Below, in pieces: positions 38,303-47,594 of a stretch of DNA of 64,000 bases (its first letter is position 1; every line of letters begins with the position of its first letter). The notes under the pieces were generated by a model. It had not been told where the DNA came from. It was given only the letters and a program-made list of their open reading frames with translations, and searched no databases. Origin of the DNA: Kiritimatiellota bacterium (GTDB taxonomy: Bacteria > Verrucomicrobiota > Kiritimatiellia > JAAZAB01); contig JAPLSY010000087.1 of assembly GCA_026398415.1 (NCBI GenBank), positions 17,826 to 81,825 of the forward strand, written 5' to 3'. The position numbers and the translations under genes were made by a program.

Positions 38303-38330
38303 AAAATATACAACCACCTGTAGTTGTCAA
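38303..38330 (-). promoter_or_regulatory. candidate sigma70-type promoter for the ATP-grasp/GNAT/KamA operon (TTGACA ... TATTTT/TATATT)
   Basis: Exact TTGACA (minus strand, 38330-38325) followed by an AT-rich -10-like hexamer 14-16 nt downstream. This would leave a ~130-nt leader containing the palindromes ccacaaGCTGttgtgg and ggttgt-N11-acaacc. Confidence 0.3.
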
Positions 38331-38399
38331 CACCTTTTTCAAAAAAATGTCAAATAGGTACCAGTATCGGGAATAGGGGCTCCCTGCCGCCCGTCGCGA

Positions 38400-39410
38400 T
38401 TAAAGGGCGAAGCCCTCGGCAAACGGATCTTCCGGGTCGATAACAAACCGGTGAAATCCTGTCAGGAACGGCCGGCAACTAATCCTGGGAATGATGGCGG
38501 GGATGTCGCCCACCTGGGTTTCAGCGATGATTTCCCCTTTAAACACCGAGCGAATGGAACTCTCGTGCCGGAACGGCTGGTTCAAGCGCAATCGCCCCTT
38601 GCGGTGCAGGACCGCCATGCGCGCGCAGGTGCCGGTGCCACAGGGTGAACGGTCCGCCTGGGCTTCGCCCAGAATAACGATGTTGCGCGCGTCGGCATGC
38701 GGACCTGACGGCGGCGCCGTGATCATGCAGATGTCGATGGTTTGGATATGCCGCTGGACGGGATGTTGAACCTGAATCTGCCGGTTGGCGGCCGATCGAA
38801 TCGCGATTCCCAGTTTGATCAGTTCGTTCGTGTGTTCCGGGTCGATGCTGGTGACGCCCAACTGCGCCGCTTCCACAATGACGAAAAAATTACCGCCGAA
38901 AGCGATATCCACGGTGATCGAACCGTGGCCAGGCAGGTCTATCTGCGAATCCACCGTCCAGGCGAATGACGGGACATCCACGAGGCTGACTTCCTTCACA
39001 CAGCCTTCCGGATCGGTCGTGACCGTACCTTCCACTATGCCTGCAGGCGTCTCCAGCTTGACAACCGTGTATGGCGGCGTCGCCGCGATGCGCCCGGTTT
39101 CCACCATCATGGCGCAAATACCCAGCGACGCATGTCCGCACATGTTGTAATACAGCCCGCCGTCCATATAAATCACCGCAGCGTCCGCACGCGGGTCCAG
39201 GGCCGGCAAAAGAATGCCGCCAAACATATCCCGATGCGCCCGGGGTTCGCGCATAAGCGATTTTCTCAACCAGTCCATGTTACTCGCCAGATAACGCATG
39301 CGTTCGGCCATGGTATGGCCTTTGACCGGCGGAAACCCGTCCACGATAATCCGCGTCGGTTCACCGGCGGTATGGGAGTCAACGACACTGACCATTTGTT
39401 TGAAGCGCAT
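38400..39410 (-). CDS. proline racemase-family enzyme (Cys/Cys type: proline racemase or 4-hydroxyproline 2-epimerase)
   Basis: Motifs DSHTAGEPTR, NMCGHASL (first catalytic Cys) and DRSPCGTGTCA (second catalytic Cys retained, unlike the Thr in T3LHyp dehydratases). Confidence 0.8.
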   Translation of the reverse strand: MRFKQMVSVVDSHTAGEPTRIIVDGFPPVKGHTMAERMRYLASNMDWLRKSLMREPRAHRDMFGGILLPALDPRADAAVIYMDGGLYYNMCGHASLGICAMMVETGRIAATPPYTVVKLETPAGIVEGTVTTDPEGCVKEVSLVDVPSFAWTVDSQIDLPGHGSITVDIAFGGNFFVIVEAAQLGVTSIDPEHTNELIKLGIAIRSAANRQIQVQHPVQRHIQTIDICMITAPPSGPHADARNIVILGEAQADRSPCGTGTCARMAVLHRKGRLRLNQPFRHESSIRSVFKGEIIAETQVGDIPAIIPRISCRPFLTGFHRFVIDPEDPFAEGFAL

Positions 39411-39427
39411 GGCGGTTAATTCGTCAG

Positions 39428-40405
39428 TTACAACGGGAGCCGGACACCGGCGCCGGTCTTGACCGCGCGTTCATAAAGCACTTTTGCCGTGACCATGTCG
39501 TCCACGGCAATACCCATGTTCATGGCGAAGATTTTTTCGCGGGCATTGGTACGCCCTTTTTTCTTTCCCGCCGCCAGTTCGCCCAGGTCGGCGTAAATCT
39601 TTTTCGGAATGCCGCTGAAATAGACACCATGCTCCTTGATGGAGAGCATCTGGCCCACGTCATCGGTGCAGAACTTGTCGCATTCCTTCATGGCGGCGCT
39701 GGTCCAGGCAGAGTCATAATCCAGCGACACGCCCAGGCCGCCGGCTTTAAGCATTCCGGCATCCAGTGGCGGTTTCGGCTTGGTGACAAGAGCGATGGCC
39801 GAAAAAACCACGTCGGCGTCCTTCATTATGTCGGCGGGCTTATCGCAGGGAATTAATTGCAACTTCGGAAACAGCTTGCCCATCTCGTCCATGAACCGCT
39901 TGGCGGCCGCCGGGAACACATCGCAACAACGGACTTCCTTGAGCTGAGGAAGGGTTTCGACCAAGGCCATCAAGCTCGTACGCGCCTGTACGCCGCAACC
40001 GAGGATGCCGGCCGTGCAACTGTCCGGGCGCGCCAGGTACTTGGCGGCGATCCCGGCACTGGCCCCGGTGCGCATGGCGGTGATCCACGCACAGTCCATG
40101 ACGGCGATGGGGATGCCCGTGGCGGGATCGTTGAGCACTAGCAGCCCCGTGATGTAGGGCAAACCCTTGCCCGGGTTGGAAGGATAGCCGCTGACCCATT
40201 TCAGGCCGGCCGCCTCGACCTCCTGCACGTACGCCGGCATGGCATGAATAAAGGCGTTCGGCCGGGGATGAATGCCGGGCTTGGGAGGCATCTCGGTCTT
40301 GCCGAGCCCTTTGAGCCGAAAGCCGTTATCCACGGCGGCCAGTACGTCCTTCATGGTCATATGCAGGTCTTCGACATCCTTGCGACTGAGATAAATCAGT
40401 TCCAT
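39428..40405 (-). CDS. ornithine cyclodeaminase/mu-crystallin-family protein (possible pyrroline-carboxylate reductase or cyclodeaminase)
   Basis: Rossmann GCGVQA motif and OCD-family length. Start set at the second ATG (MELIYLSRKD), which has AAAGGA 6 nt upstream. Confidence 0.7.
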   Translation of the reverse strand: MELIYLSRKDVEDLHMTMKDVLAAVDNGFRLKGLGKTEMPPKPGIHPRPNAFIHAMPAYVQEVEAAGLKWVSGYPSNPGKGLPYITGLLVLNDPATGIPIAVMDCAWITAMRTGASAGIAAKYLARPDSCTAGILGCGVQARTSLMALVETLPQLKEVRCCDVFPAAAKRFMDEMGKLFPKLQLIPCDKPADIMKDADVVFSAIALVTKPKPPLDAGMLKAGGLGVSLDYDSAWTSAAMKECDKFCTDDVGQMLSIKEHGVYFSGIPKKIYADLGELAAGKKKGRTNAREKIFAMNMGIAVDDMVTAKVLYERAVKTGAGVRLPL

Positions 40406-40530
40406 GGGAATTCCTTTCGTTACGGGTTCATTCGAATACATAATTTATGGTTTATGATATTGCCTCTCTGCAAAACAGTATCTATATTGCACATTAAATG
40501 TAATTGCAACCATAGAAAACGGAGGAACCC

Positions 40531-40986
40531 ATGAGCAGCCCTGAAGAAAATATCTTTGCCTTGCTGAAGGAACGCCAGACCCCGCATGAGGTGATTGAAC
40601 ATACCCCGGTGTACACCAACGCCGCCATGGCAGAAGCGCTGGGCATACCCTTAGCCGACACTGTCAAAAATATAATGCTGGAAACCACCGAAGGCGAAAT
40701 CATTTTGGTGGTCCTTCCGGGAGACCAGCGCTTCGACTCGAAACGGCTGACGGCCAAGGCGGGGACCAAGCGGGTAACCTTCGCCAAGCCGGAAAAGGTG
40801 CTGGAATTCGCGGGGTGCGAGGTGGGCTGCGTGCCGCCTTTCGGTCACGTCAAGCCTGTGCGCGTTTTCCTCGATGGCGCCCTGTTGTCAAAGGGCCAAG
40901 TCTATTTCAATCCCGGTTCGCACACGAAATCGGTGAAGATCGAGGCGGCGCGCCTGCCGGAGCTGGGCGCGATGATCCAGTTCTGA
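40531..40986 (+). CDS. YbaK/ProX-family aminoacyl-tRNA deacylase (trans-editing domain)
   Basis: ACGGAGGAA RBS. 151 aa. Conserved ...VKNIML...GCEVGCVPPFGH region of the YbaK/ProRS-INS fold. Confidence 0.7.
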   Translation: MSSPEENIFALLKERQTPHEVIEHTPVYTNAAMAEALGIPLADTVKNIMLETTEGEIILVVLPGDQRFDSKRLTAKAGTKRVTFAKPEKVLEFAGCEVGCVPPFGHVKPVRVFLDGALLSKGQVYFNPGSHTKSVKIEAARLPELGAMIQF

Positions 40987-41024
40987 CGATCTGTTGGTAC
41001 GGCAACATTGAAATCTCAGCGCCG

Positions 41025-41990
41025 TCAGCGCGCGGGTTCCACGATGGACACCTTGCACAGCAGCGCGCCGACAACCACCAACACCCCGGCTACCCATAGA
41101 TTGAGACCGATGCCGATGTGCAAATAAAGTCCGTTAATCAGGATCGCTATAAGCGGCGTGAAATAAGCGGCCAGTGAAACCAGGGTGATATTGCCGCGGC
41201 GCATGGCAACACTCCAGCACATATTGGCCAGAAGCGCCACAAACAGGGCAATGAAGATGAATTCCCCTGCGGCCCGCGCCGTCCAGACGGTCGTTTCATG
41301 AAAGAGATATCGCAGGGGCATCATGGCCAGGCCCGTGCCCAGCAGGAAGAACGGCAAGGTGGAACCATCTATCGTCGAGCTGAATTTGCGGCTCAGGTTG
41401 GAATACATTGCCCAGGCAAAGGCGGCGATTGCCATGACGAGGTAAGGCGCCCAATGGGTTTTGATATTGAGGACTAATAGCTCAGAGGAAAATGCGCGCC
41501 CATTTTGCTGCAATAGCCCCAAGGCGACACCGCTCAAGGTCAACAGCATGCCGGGAATCAGCCATGGGCGCGCGCGCCGCCGCAGGATCGGCACCGAAAG
41601 CGCCAGCGTCAGACCGGGCCACAGGTAATTAATCAGCGTCATTTCCATGACCTGTTGGGAGTTCGAAGCCCATCCCAAGGCCGTGAAAAATCCGAAATAA
41701 TACAAAATAAAACAAAAACCGCCACCCAGCCAGTAGGCCGGTGGAATCGACCTCCAGGCCTGCGGCCGCTTCCGTCGTGCCAGCAGCTGAGCGGCCAGAC
41801 CTATCGCGCCCGCCGTGGTGTAAATCATGGCCGCAGCCGTCATTGGGCCGAGCTGGTTCTGCAGACTTTTGCATACGGCCACACTGCTGCTCCAGAGCAG
41901 GATCGCCACCAATCCCAGCAGTGTCGCATTGCGAGCGGCCCGATCAGGGTTATGCACGGATTGAGACGGCATCGACAGATTCATTTTCAT
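41025..41990 (-). CDS. DMT-superfamily (EamA-like) transporter
   Basis: 10 predicted TM helices. Start placed at an internal ATG to avoid a 35-bp overlap with the upstream gene; the start is uncertain. Confidence 0.6.
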   Translation of the reverse strand: MKMNLSMPSQSVHNPDRAARNATLLGLVAILLWSSSVAVCKSLQNQLGPMTAAAMIYTTAGAIGLAAQLLARRKRPQAWRSIPPAYWLGGGFCFILYYFGFFTALGWASNSQQVMEMTLINYLWPGLTLALSVPILRRRARPWLIPGMLLTLSGVALGLLQQNGRAFSSELLVLNIKTHWAPYLVMAIAAFAWAMYSNLSRKFSSTIDGSTLPFFLLGTGLAMMPLRYLFHETTVWTARAAGEFIFIALFVALLANMCWSVAMRRGNITLVSLAAYFTPLIAILINGLYLHIGIGLNLWVAGVLVVVGALLCKVSIVEPAR

Positions 41991-42000
41991 CAGGAGCGCC

Positions 42001-43125
42001 TCAGGGTTGCGTGCTCGCCGACGGTTCGGCGTCAAGCCCTTCTTCCTGCTCCGTCAGAACACTGATGACGTAATACCCGATCGGCACGCCCACCACCATG
42101 CCCCAGATACCGAAAAACCGCTCACCGACAAGAATCAGGATCAGGACCAGGATCGGGTGGACGTGCAGAACTTTGGCCGTAATCCGCGGGTTGAGGACAT
42201 AGGCCTCAAACGAGTGGACGATCATGATAAGCACAACGAGCTTGAAGACAAGCAAAAGTCCACCAACTTGAACGCCGAAGAGCAGGATCGGAATGGAGCT
42301 TAGAAATGTTCCGAGAATGGGGATGAAGCCGCAAAAGAATACGATGGTCGAAAGCAAGGCAATATTCGGCACGCCGAAGAACCAAAGCCCTATGGCAGTC
42401 AACACCGTATTGCAGACCGCAATGATCGCCTGGGCGCGGAGCGCCTTACCCAGGACATCGGCAAAAGCAATGAGATGCGGCGCGGCCCCCAGATAGAAGG
42501 TACGGACCCGGCTCCGCTCCAAGTCCTTCATTTTCCCAACGATCCTTTGCCAATCCATGACCAGGATGAAGGAAAAAATGATGGCCAGGAACAGCGAAAT
42601 CAGGATGTGCCAGCCAATTTTGACAAAGCGGAGAATGAAAGCGAGCACATGCGGCAAGGCGGCTTTGACGGCCTTAGCAACCTCGCCCTTAGCGGAATCC
42701 ATCATGGCCGCATATTCCCCCGATTCGATGACGGCCTGGGCTTTTTCTTCGCCCATGCTTTTGACCACGATCTTCTCGACAAATCGGTTGATCTTCTCCT
42801 GCGTTTGCTGCTCGCCTTCGCCGGCAAATTCCAACAACACCTGGTTGGACTCGGCCATCAGTTGCGGCCCCACCCAGACGCCTACCGCCCCTAACAGGCT
42901 CACAAACAGCACAAAAACGGCCGCCGCCGTCAACCGGTAACTAAGATTCGTCCGATGCACAACCCATTGAACGACACCCTTCGTGATATAGACGATCAGG
43001 AAGGTCTCAAAGATCAGCAGGAAAAACGGTTTCAAGAGATAAAAGAGCCCGATGAGAATCGTCCAAAGCACCATCTGCTCCCAGTGGCTCTCAAAGAATT
43101 TCTTAACCCCGGAACTTGCGGGCAT
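42001..43125 (-). CDS. AI-2E-family (PerM/YhhT-like) transporter
   Basis: CAAAGGAGA RBS before the ATG at 43125 (MPASSG...). Typical AI-2E hydrophobic profile and C-terminal region. Confidence 0.7.
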   Translation of the reverse strand: MPASSGVKKFFESHWEQMVLWTILIGLFYLLKPFFLLIFETFLIVYITKGVVQWVVHRTNLSYRLTAAAVFVLFVSLLGAVGVWVGPQLMAESNQVLLEFAGEGEQQTQEKINRFVEKIVVKSMGEEKAQAVIESGEYAAMMDSAKGEVAKAVKAALPHVLAFILRFVKIGWHILISLFLAIIFSFILVMDWQRIVGKMKDLERSRVRTFYLGAAPHLIAFADVLGKALRAQAIIAVCNTVLTAIGLWFFGVPNIALLSTIVFFCGFIPILGTFLSSIPILLFGVQVGGLLLVFKLVVLIMIVHSFEAYVLNPRITAKVLHVHPILVLILILVGERFFGIWGMVVGVPIGYYVISVLTEQEEGLDAEPSASTQP

Positions 43126-43330
43126 GTTTATCTCCTTTGCATTTCGCATTATTATTGCATGCCAAATATCATGCGCACCTGAATGACGGACAGGCTACCG
43201 CCAATCGGCCCAACCAGCCAGTAAATAAATAGTTGCATAGTCGGAAAAGATAACATAAAAGAGCTATGCGCCAAACCACTTGACCTGACATGTGCGGTCA
43301 TTATGCCCAAACAAAAAGGAGAAGGAAATC

Positions 43331-43720
43331 ATGTTACACAATCCTGACGATTTAAAATATACAAAAACGCATGAATGGGTCCGAACGAAAGACGAGGAGA
43401 TTGAAGTCGGCATCACGGATTTTGCCCAGCACCAGCTTTCCGACATCACCTATGTTGAACTGCCGGAACTGAACCGGCACCTGGATGCCGGCGAGGAAGC
43501 CGTCGTGGTGGAATCCATCAAGGCCGCCTCCGACGTCTATGCACCCATCGCCGGGACCATTGTGGAAGTCAACGAAGCATTGGCTACCACGCCGGAGGTT
43601 ATTAATTCGGATCCCTTTGGCGCCGGCTGGATTTTCCGGATGAAGCCGGACCATGCGAACGATGTGGACGCCCTGCTGTCGTCGGAAGCATACGAGGCCA
43701 GCCTGCCGGCTGAACACTAA
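43331..43720 (+). CDS. gcvH: glycine cleavage system H protein (lipoyl carrier)
   Basis: GGAGAAGG RBS. YTKTHEWVRTKDEEIEVGITDFAQ..LSDI.YVELPE.G matches GcvH. Lipoyl-lysine context ESIKAASDVYAP. Confidence 0.9.
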   Translation: MLHNPDDLKYTKTHEWVRTKDEEIEVGITDFAQHQLSDITYVELPELNRHLDAGEEAVVVESIKAASDVYAPIAGTIVEVNEALATTPEVINSDPFGAGWIFRMKPDHANDVDALLSSEAYEASLPAEH

Positions 43721-43809
43721 GCCGGACGGCGGACGACAGAGGACAGACATCAGGGGTCAGTAAGACGGTCTGAATATTCCAGTTTACGGTCTACAGGCCA
43801 CGGTCTGTT

Positions 43810-45183
43810 TCAGTTCCTCAGACTCTGGATCGGCGCGGGAATGTGCCCGCCGTGGCGGACGAAATCGGCACTGCCGGATGAATTATTGACCGGTATCACC
43901 GTGCCGGAGCCAAAGAGCCCGCCGAAATCAATCCTTTCGCCGACTTTCTTGCCTGGCGCCGGAATGAGCCGCACCGCCGTAGTTTTTTGATTATAAATAC
44001 CGATGGCGGCCTCATCCATGATAATCCCACTCAGGGTAACACTGCTGATATCGCCCGGCACTAGAATCATGTCCAGGCCGACCGAGCAGACGGCGGTCAT
44101 GGCCTCCAATTTTTCCAGCGTCAGGGTTCCATCTGCCACCGCCTTGGCCAGGACGTGATCTTCCATCACGGGAATAAAGGCGCCGGACAAACCGCCCACC
44201 GACGATGACGCAAAGGCGCCACCTTTCTTGACCGCATCGTTCAGGAGCGCCACCGCCGCCGTGGTACCCGGCGCGCCGATCACCTTGACACCCATGGCCT
44301 GATAAATCTCCCCGACACTGTCGCCGACGCGCGGGGTCGGCGCCAGGGATAGATCCAGCACACCGAACTGCATTCCCAGCATTTCCGCCACTTCGCGCCC
44401 GATGAGTTCACCGGTACGCGTGACCCGGAAGGCCGTGTGCTTCACCTCTTCCGCAATCTCGTCGAGCGTACAGCGGGGGTACTGTTCCACCAGCCGTTCG
44501 ATGGCGCGCTTGACGACCCCCGGGCCGCTCACGCCAACATTGATGACACATTCCGGCTCGCCGGCGCCCAGGAACGCGCCCGCCATGAAAGGGTTATCCT
44601 CCGCGGCATTGGCAAAGACCACGAGCTTGGCACAACCGAACCCGTGCGCCTGTTTCGTGGCCTCGGCAATCTTCAGGAGCGTTTCACTCACCAGCAAGAT
44701 GGCGTCCACATTTATGCCGGCCTTGGTCGTGCCGATATTAACCGAGGCACACAGCCGCTGGGTCTGGCTTAGAACCTGCGGCAACGATTCGATCAGCAAG
44801 CGCTCGCCGGGCGTCATGCCTTTATGCACCAGGGCGGTAAACCCGCCGATCAAGTCCACGCCCACTTCCGCCGCAGCCTGATCCAGCGCATGCGCCAGGC
44901 CCAGCGCCGCTTCCGGGGTATGCCCTTCCAGGAGCTGACTGGCCGGCGAGACCGCGATGCGCTTATTGATGATCGGCAGGCCATACTTGGTCGTGAGCTG
45001 GTCGCAGATACGCACCAGGTTGCCGGCCTTGCGTTTAATCTTGGCGCGCACGGCCTTCGTGACCACCGCACTGTCGCGGCCCGCGCAATCGAGCAGATTG
45101 ATGCCCATGGTCACGGTGCGCAAATCCAGGTTTTCCTGCTGGAGCATGCGCACGGTATGCAAAATATCATCGGTCCTGTGCAT
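43810..45183 (-). CDS. UPF0210/DUF711-family protein (PFL-like fold, function unknown)
   Basis: Near full-length match to the conserved UPF0210 pattern (NLDLRTVTMGINLLDC ... KLVVFANAAEDNPFMAGAF ... GGHIPAPIQSLRN). Confidence 0.8.
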   Translation of the reverse strand: MHRTDDILHTVRMLQQENLDLRTVTMGINLLDCAGRDSAVVTKAVRAKIKRKAGNLVRICDQLTTKYGLPIINKRIAVSPASQLLEGHTPEAALGLAHALDQAAAEVGVDLIGGFTALVHKGMTPGERLLIESLPQVLSQTQRLCASVNIGTTKAGINVDAILLVSETLLKIAEATKQAHGFGCAKLVVFANAAEDNPFMAGAFLGAGEPECVINVGVSGPGVVKRAIERLVEQYPRCTLDEIAEEVKHTAFRVTRTGELIGREVAEMLGMQFGVLDLSLAPTPRVGDSVGEIYQAMGVKVIGAPGTTAAVALLNDAVKKGGAFASSSVGGLSGAFIPVMEDHVLAKAVADGTLTLEKLEAMTAVCSVGLDMILVPGDISSVTLSGIIMDEAAIGIYNQKTTAVRLIPAPGKKVGERIDFGGLFGSGTVIPVNNSSGSADFVRHGGHIPAPIQSLRN

Positions 45184-45204
45184 GACTGGTTTCTTCCGCC
45201 TTAA

Positions 45205-45771
45205 TCAAGGTTTCAGCAAACGCCGGATGGAGCCTACTTCGTTCGTGGCCCGGAACAGATTTTCGTGCTGCAGACCGATCACCAGGGCAAAGGGCGCCAT
45301 GACAGCGCGCAGTTCGTCCTGGACCTGCTTGAGGTCTAAATGCGCGGGCACGGTCACTTCCCCAATGTGGGTGACCTGTTCGCCGACGATCCGAAAGAAC
45401 AGATCCTCGACATTGATCTTTTTCTCGGCCAGATATCCGGTGAGCGCCTTCAGAATGCCCGGCCGGTCTTTACCGGACATGGTAAGAATATAGCGGCCAC
45501 CATCGCAAGGCACGCAGGAGCGCGGGGTATATGGCCGAACGAGCACAGACGCCTCGTCCTTGTGGAACCGGTTCTGGATGGCGCAGCGAATGGCTTCCTC
45601 GCCGACTGCCTGCGGAAACGCCACGGTCATGATGACGGTAAAATAGCCCTGCACAACCGTCTGGCTGATCCCCTCAATATTGGCGCCCAAGTCCGTCACG
45701 CCCGAGGTGATCGCGCTCAGGATACCCACGCGGTCGGCAATCAGGATGGAAAGAACATAACGATGGTCCAT
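45205..45771 (-). CDS. tandem ACT-domain protein (UPF0237-like partner of UPF0210)
   Basis: GAGGA RBS before the ATG at 45771 (MDHRYVLSILIADRVGILSAITS). Two ACT-like halves are present (GRYILTMSGKDRPGILKALT). Canonical adjacency with UPF0210. Confidence 0.7.
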   Translation of the reverse strand: MDHRYVLSILIADRVGILSAITSGVTDLGANIEGISQTVVQGYFTVIMTVAFPQAVGEEAIRCAIQNRFHKDEASVLVRPYTPRSCVPCDGGRYILTMSGKDRPGILKALTGYLAEKKINVEDLFFRIVGEQVTHIGEVTVPAHLDLKQVQDELRAVMAPFALVIGLQHENLFRATNEVGSIRRLLKP

Positions 45772-45794
45772 ATTAATCCTCGCGCTGTAAAAAC

Positions 45795-46610
45795 ATGGAG
45801 AATGTAACGCAAAGCCGCTCAGGCGCAAAGCAAATATTTGATGATAGAGGTGCCGACTCCTTCCTTGACATACCAAAAACGGCTGTATTTAATGCGCTCA
45901 TGACCGCCTGGGCCATCACAATTGATACACCGCTACCTTATGATGATGGTGTTCGCCTGCAGATTGCACTGGTAAATGCCCGCATCGCCGAGACCATTCC
46001 CGATACGGTTTTGTTCCTCGAGCATACTTCCGTCATCACACTCGGTGTGCGCGCCCAGGATAGTCATGTCCTGCTGTCGAGTGCGGACCTGAAACAACGG
46101 CACATTGATCTTTACCACTCGTCGCGCGGCGGCGACGCAACCTGGCACGGGCCCGGTCAGCTTGTGATGTATCCCATTATCCGGCTGGGCGAGCAGGAGG
46201 CCGATGCACACGGCTACTTGCACAACCTGGAAGAAATCGCCATCCGCACCGCCGGAGATTTTGGCGTCACGACCTATCGCCGAGCCGGCCTCACGGGCGC
46301 CTGGACCCAGACCGGCAAGTTGGCGGCCATCGGCATCCGACTCAAACGCTGGGTAACGTTTCACGGCATGAGCTTCAACGTCAAGCCCGACCTCGCCGGG
46401 TTCACCACCATCATCCCCTGCGGCCTGGCGGGTGAGGCCGTCACCTCGCTCGAAAAGCTCCTCGGCGCAACCTGCCCTACCCTGGCGCAGGTCCGGGAAC
46501 ATATGGTCCGGCATTTCAGCAATGTTTGTCGCCGGGAGCTGAAATGTGCCGGTCCTGCGAATCGCCTGCCGGAGGAACTGGAAAAGATTCTCAAGGCGCA
46601 CGCACCGTGA
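45795..46610 (+). CDS. lipB: lipoyl(octanoyl) transferase LipB
   Basis: Motifs RGGDATWHGPGQLVMYPI, KLAAIGIRL and IIPCGL. Start is uncertain (ATG 45795 or 45900). Confidence 0.75.
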   Translation: MENVTQSRSGAKQIFDDRGADSFLDIPKTAVFNALMTAWAITIDTPLPYDDGVRLQIALVNARIAETIPDTVLFLEHTSVITLGVRAQDSHVLLSSADLKQRHIDLYHSSRGGDATWHGPGQLVMYPIIRLGEQEADAHGYLHNLEEIAIRTAGDFGVTTYRRAGLTGAWTQTGKLAAIGIRLKRWVTFHGMSFNVKPDLAGFTTIIPCGLAGEAVTSLEKLLGATCPTLAQVREHMVRHFSNVCRRELKCAGPANRLPEELEKILKAHAP

Positions 46611-46762
46611 ATATAAACCAATATTCCCCGGTAATCCGTCAGCGCATGACATCGGCACGCGAAGCAAAGTAAGTCAAAAAAAGGTGTCCTGGACTCATAT
46701 CGCTTTCAATAGTCAAACGAAACACTTTCGCAATCTGCTAAACAATAAGGAGTTATAATAGC

Positions 46763-47539
46763 ATGATCAACAAACTAACCGCATGGCTGTTCATTCTTAT
46801 GGGAGGCATCGCAATTATGACTGCAGGCGCACGGCAACGCGAAAGCACCGAATGGGTGAATATAACCTCGTATAACGCAAATGACAATAAACTCCCGCGC
46901 GTATTGCTTGTTGGTGATTCCATCTGTAACCAATATCAGTCATTCGCAAAGGACGAACTTGCCGGTAATGCGTACGTTTCTTTCTACGCCACTTCAAAAT
47001 GCGTTACCGACCGTTCGTACCTTAAGGAACTCTCATATATTCTTGAAGAATATGATTATACGGTGATTCATTTCAACAACGGACTTCACAGTCTCACTAC
47101 TGATCCGGCGGAATGGGAGGCGGGGCTACGCGCGGCGTTCAAACTACTCAAGGAAAAGGGTGGGAATGCTAAAATTATCTGGGTCTCATCAACACCCCTC
47201 AAAGATCCCGCGCTTACCGAAAAGGCAAAAGCGCTCAACGCCATCGGCGCTCGTCTGGCGGCCGAAAACGGATTTCCTGTGAACGACCTCTTCGCGCTCA
47301 TGGATCCGCTCGATCGAAGCATCTACTGGGCAGACACGTACCACTTCACCAACGACGGCAAGAAAATGCAGGCAAAGAAAGTTGCTGCCATAATACGCGC
47401 GGTGCTCGGTACAGAGAAAGCGAACGTTGTTGCCAAGGCGGCAACGGATACTGGGTCGGACGGTAAACTCGGACCGGCAAAGTCTGCGGTGACAACAAAT
47501 GCCGCGACTAATCCGCAGCAGAATCAGGGGAAGCATTGA
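46763..47539 (+). CDS. SGNH/GDSL-family hydrolase (secreted)
   Basis: AATAAGGAG RBS. Signal peptide. GDSL block LLVGDSICNQ with later SGNH blocks. C-terminal low-complexity tail. Confidence 0.7.
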   Translation: MINKLTAWLFILMGGIAIMTAGARQRESTEWVNITSYNANDNKLPRVLLVGDSICNQYQSFAKDELAGNAYVSFYATSKCVTDRSYLKELSYILEEYDYTVIHFNNGLHSLTTDPAEWEAGLRAAFKLLKEKGGNAKIIWVSSTPLKDPALTEKAKALNAIGARLAAENGFPVNDLFALMDPLDRSIYWADTYHFTNDGKKMQAKKVAAIIRAVLGTEKANVVAKAATDTGSDGKLGPAKSAVTTNAATNPQQNQGKH

Positions 47540-47594
47540 ATTAGGGTGAAATGCCGTGCCAAACGAGGGGCGTCAAGGAAAACCGTCATTCCGA

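Noticed and set aside
43150-43330. Possible glycine riboswitch upstream of gcvH
   Set aside because: The 180-bp leader lacks the conserved GGAGAG...CACCG cores of the glycine riboswitch aptamers. Glycine riboswitches usually precede gcvT rather than gcvH.
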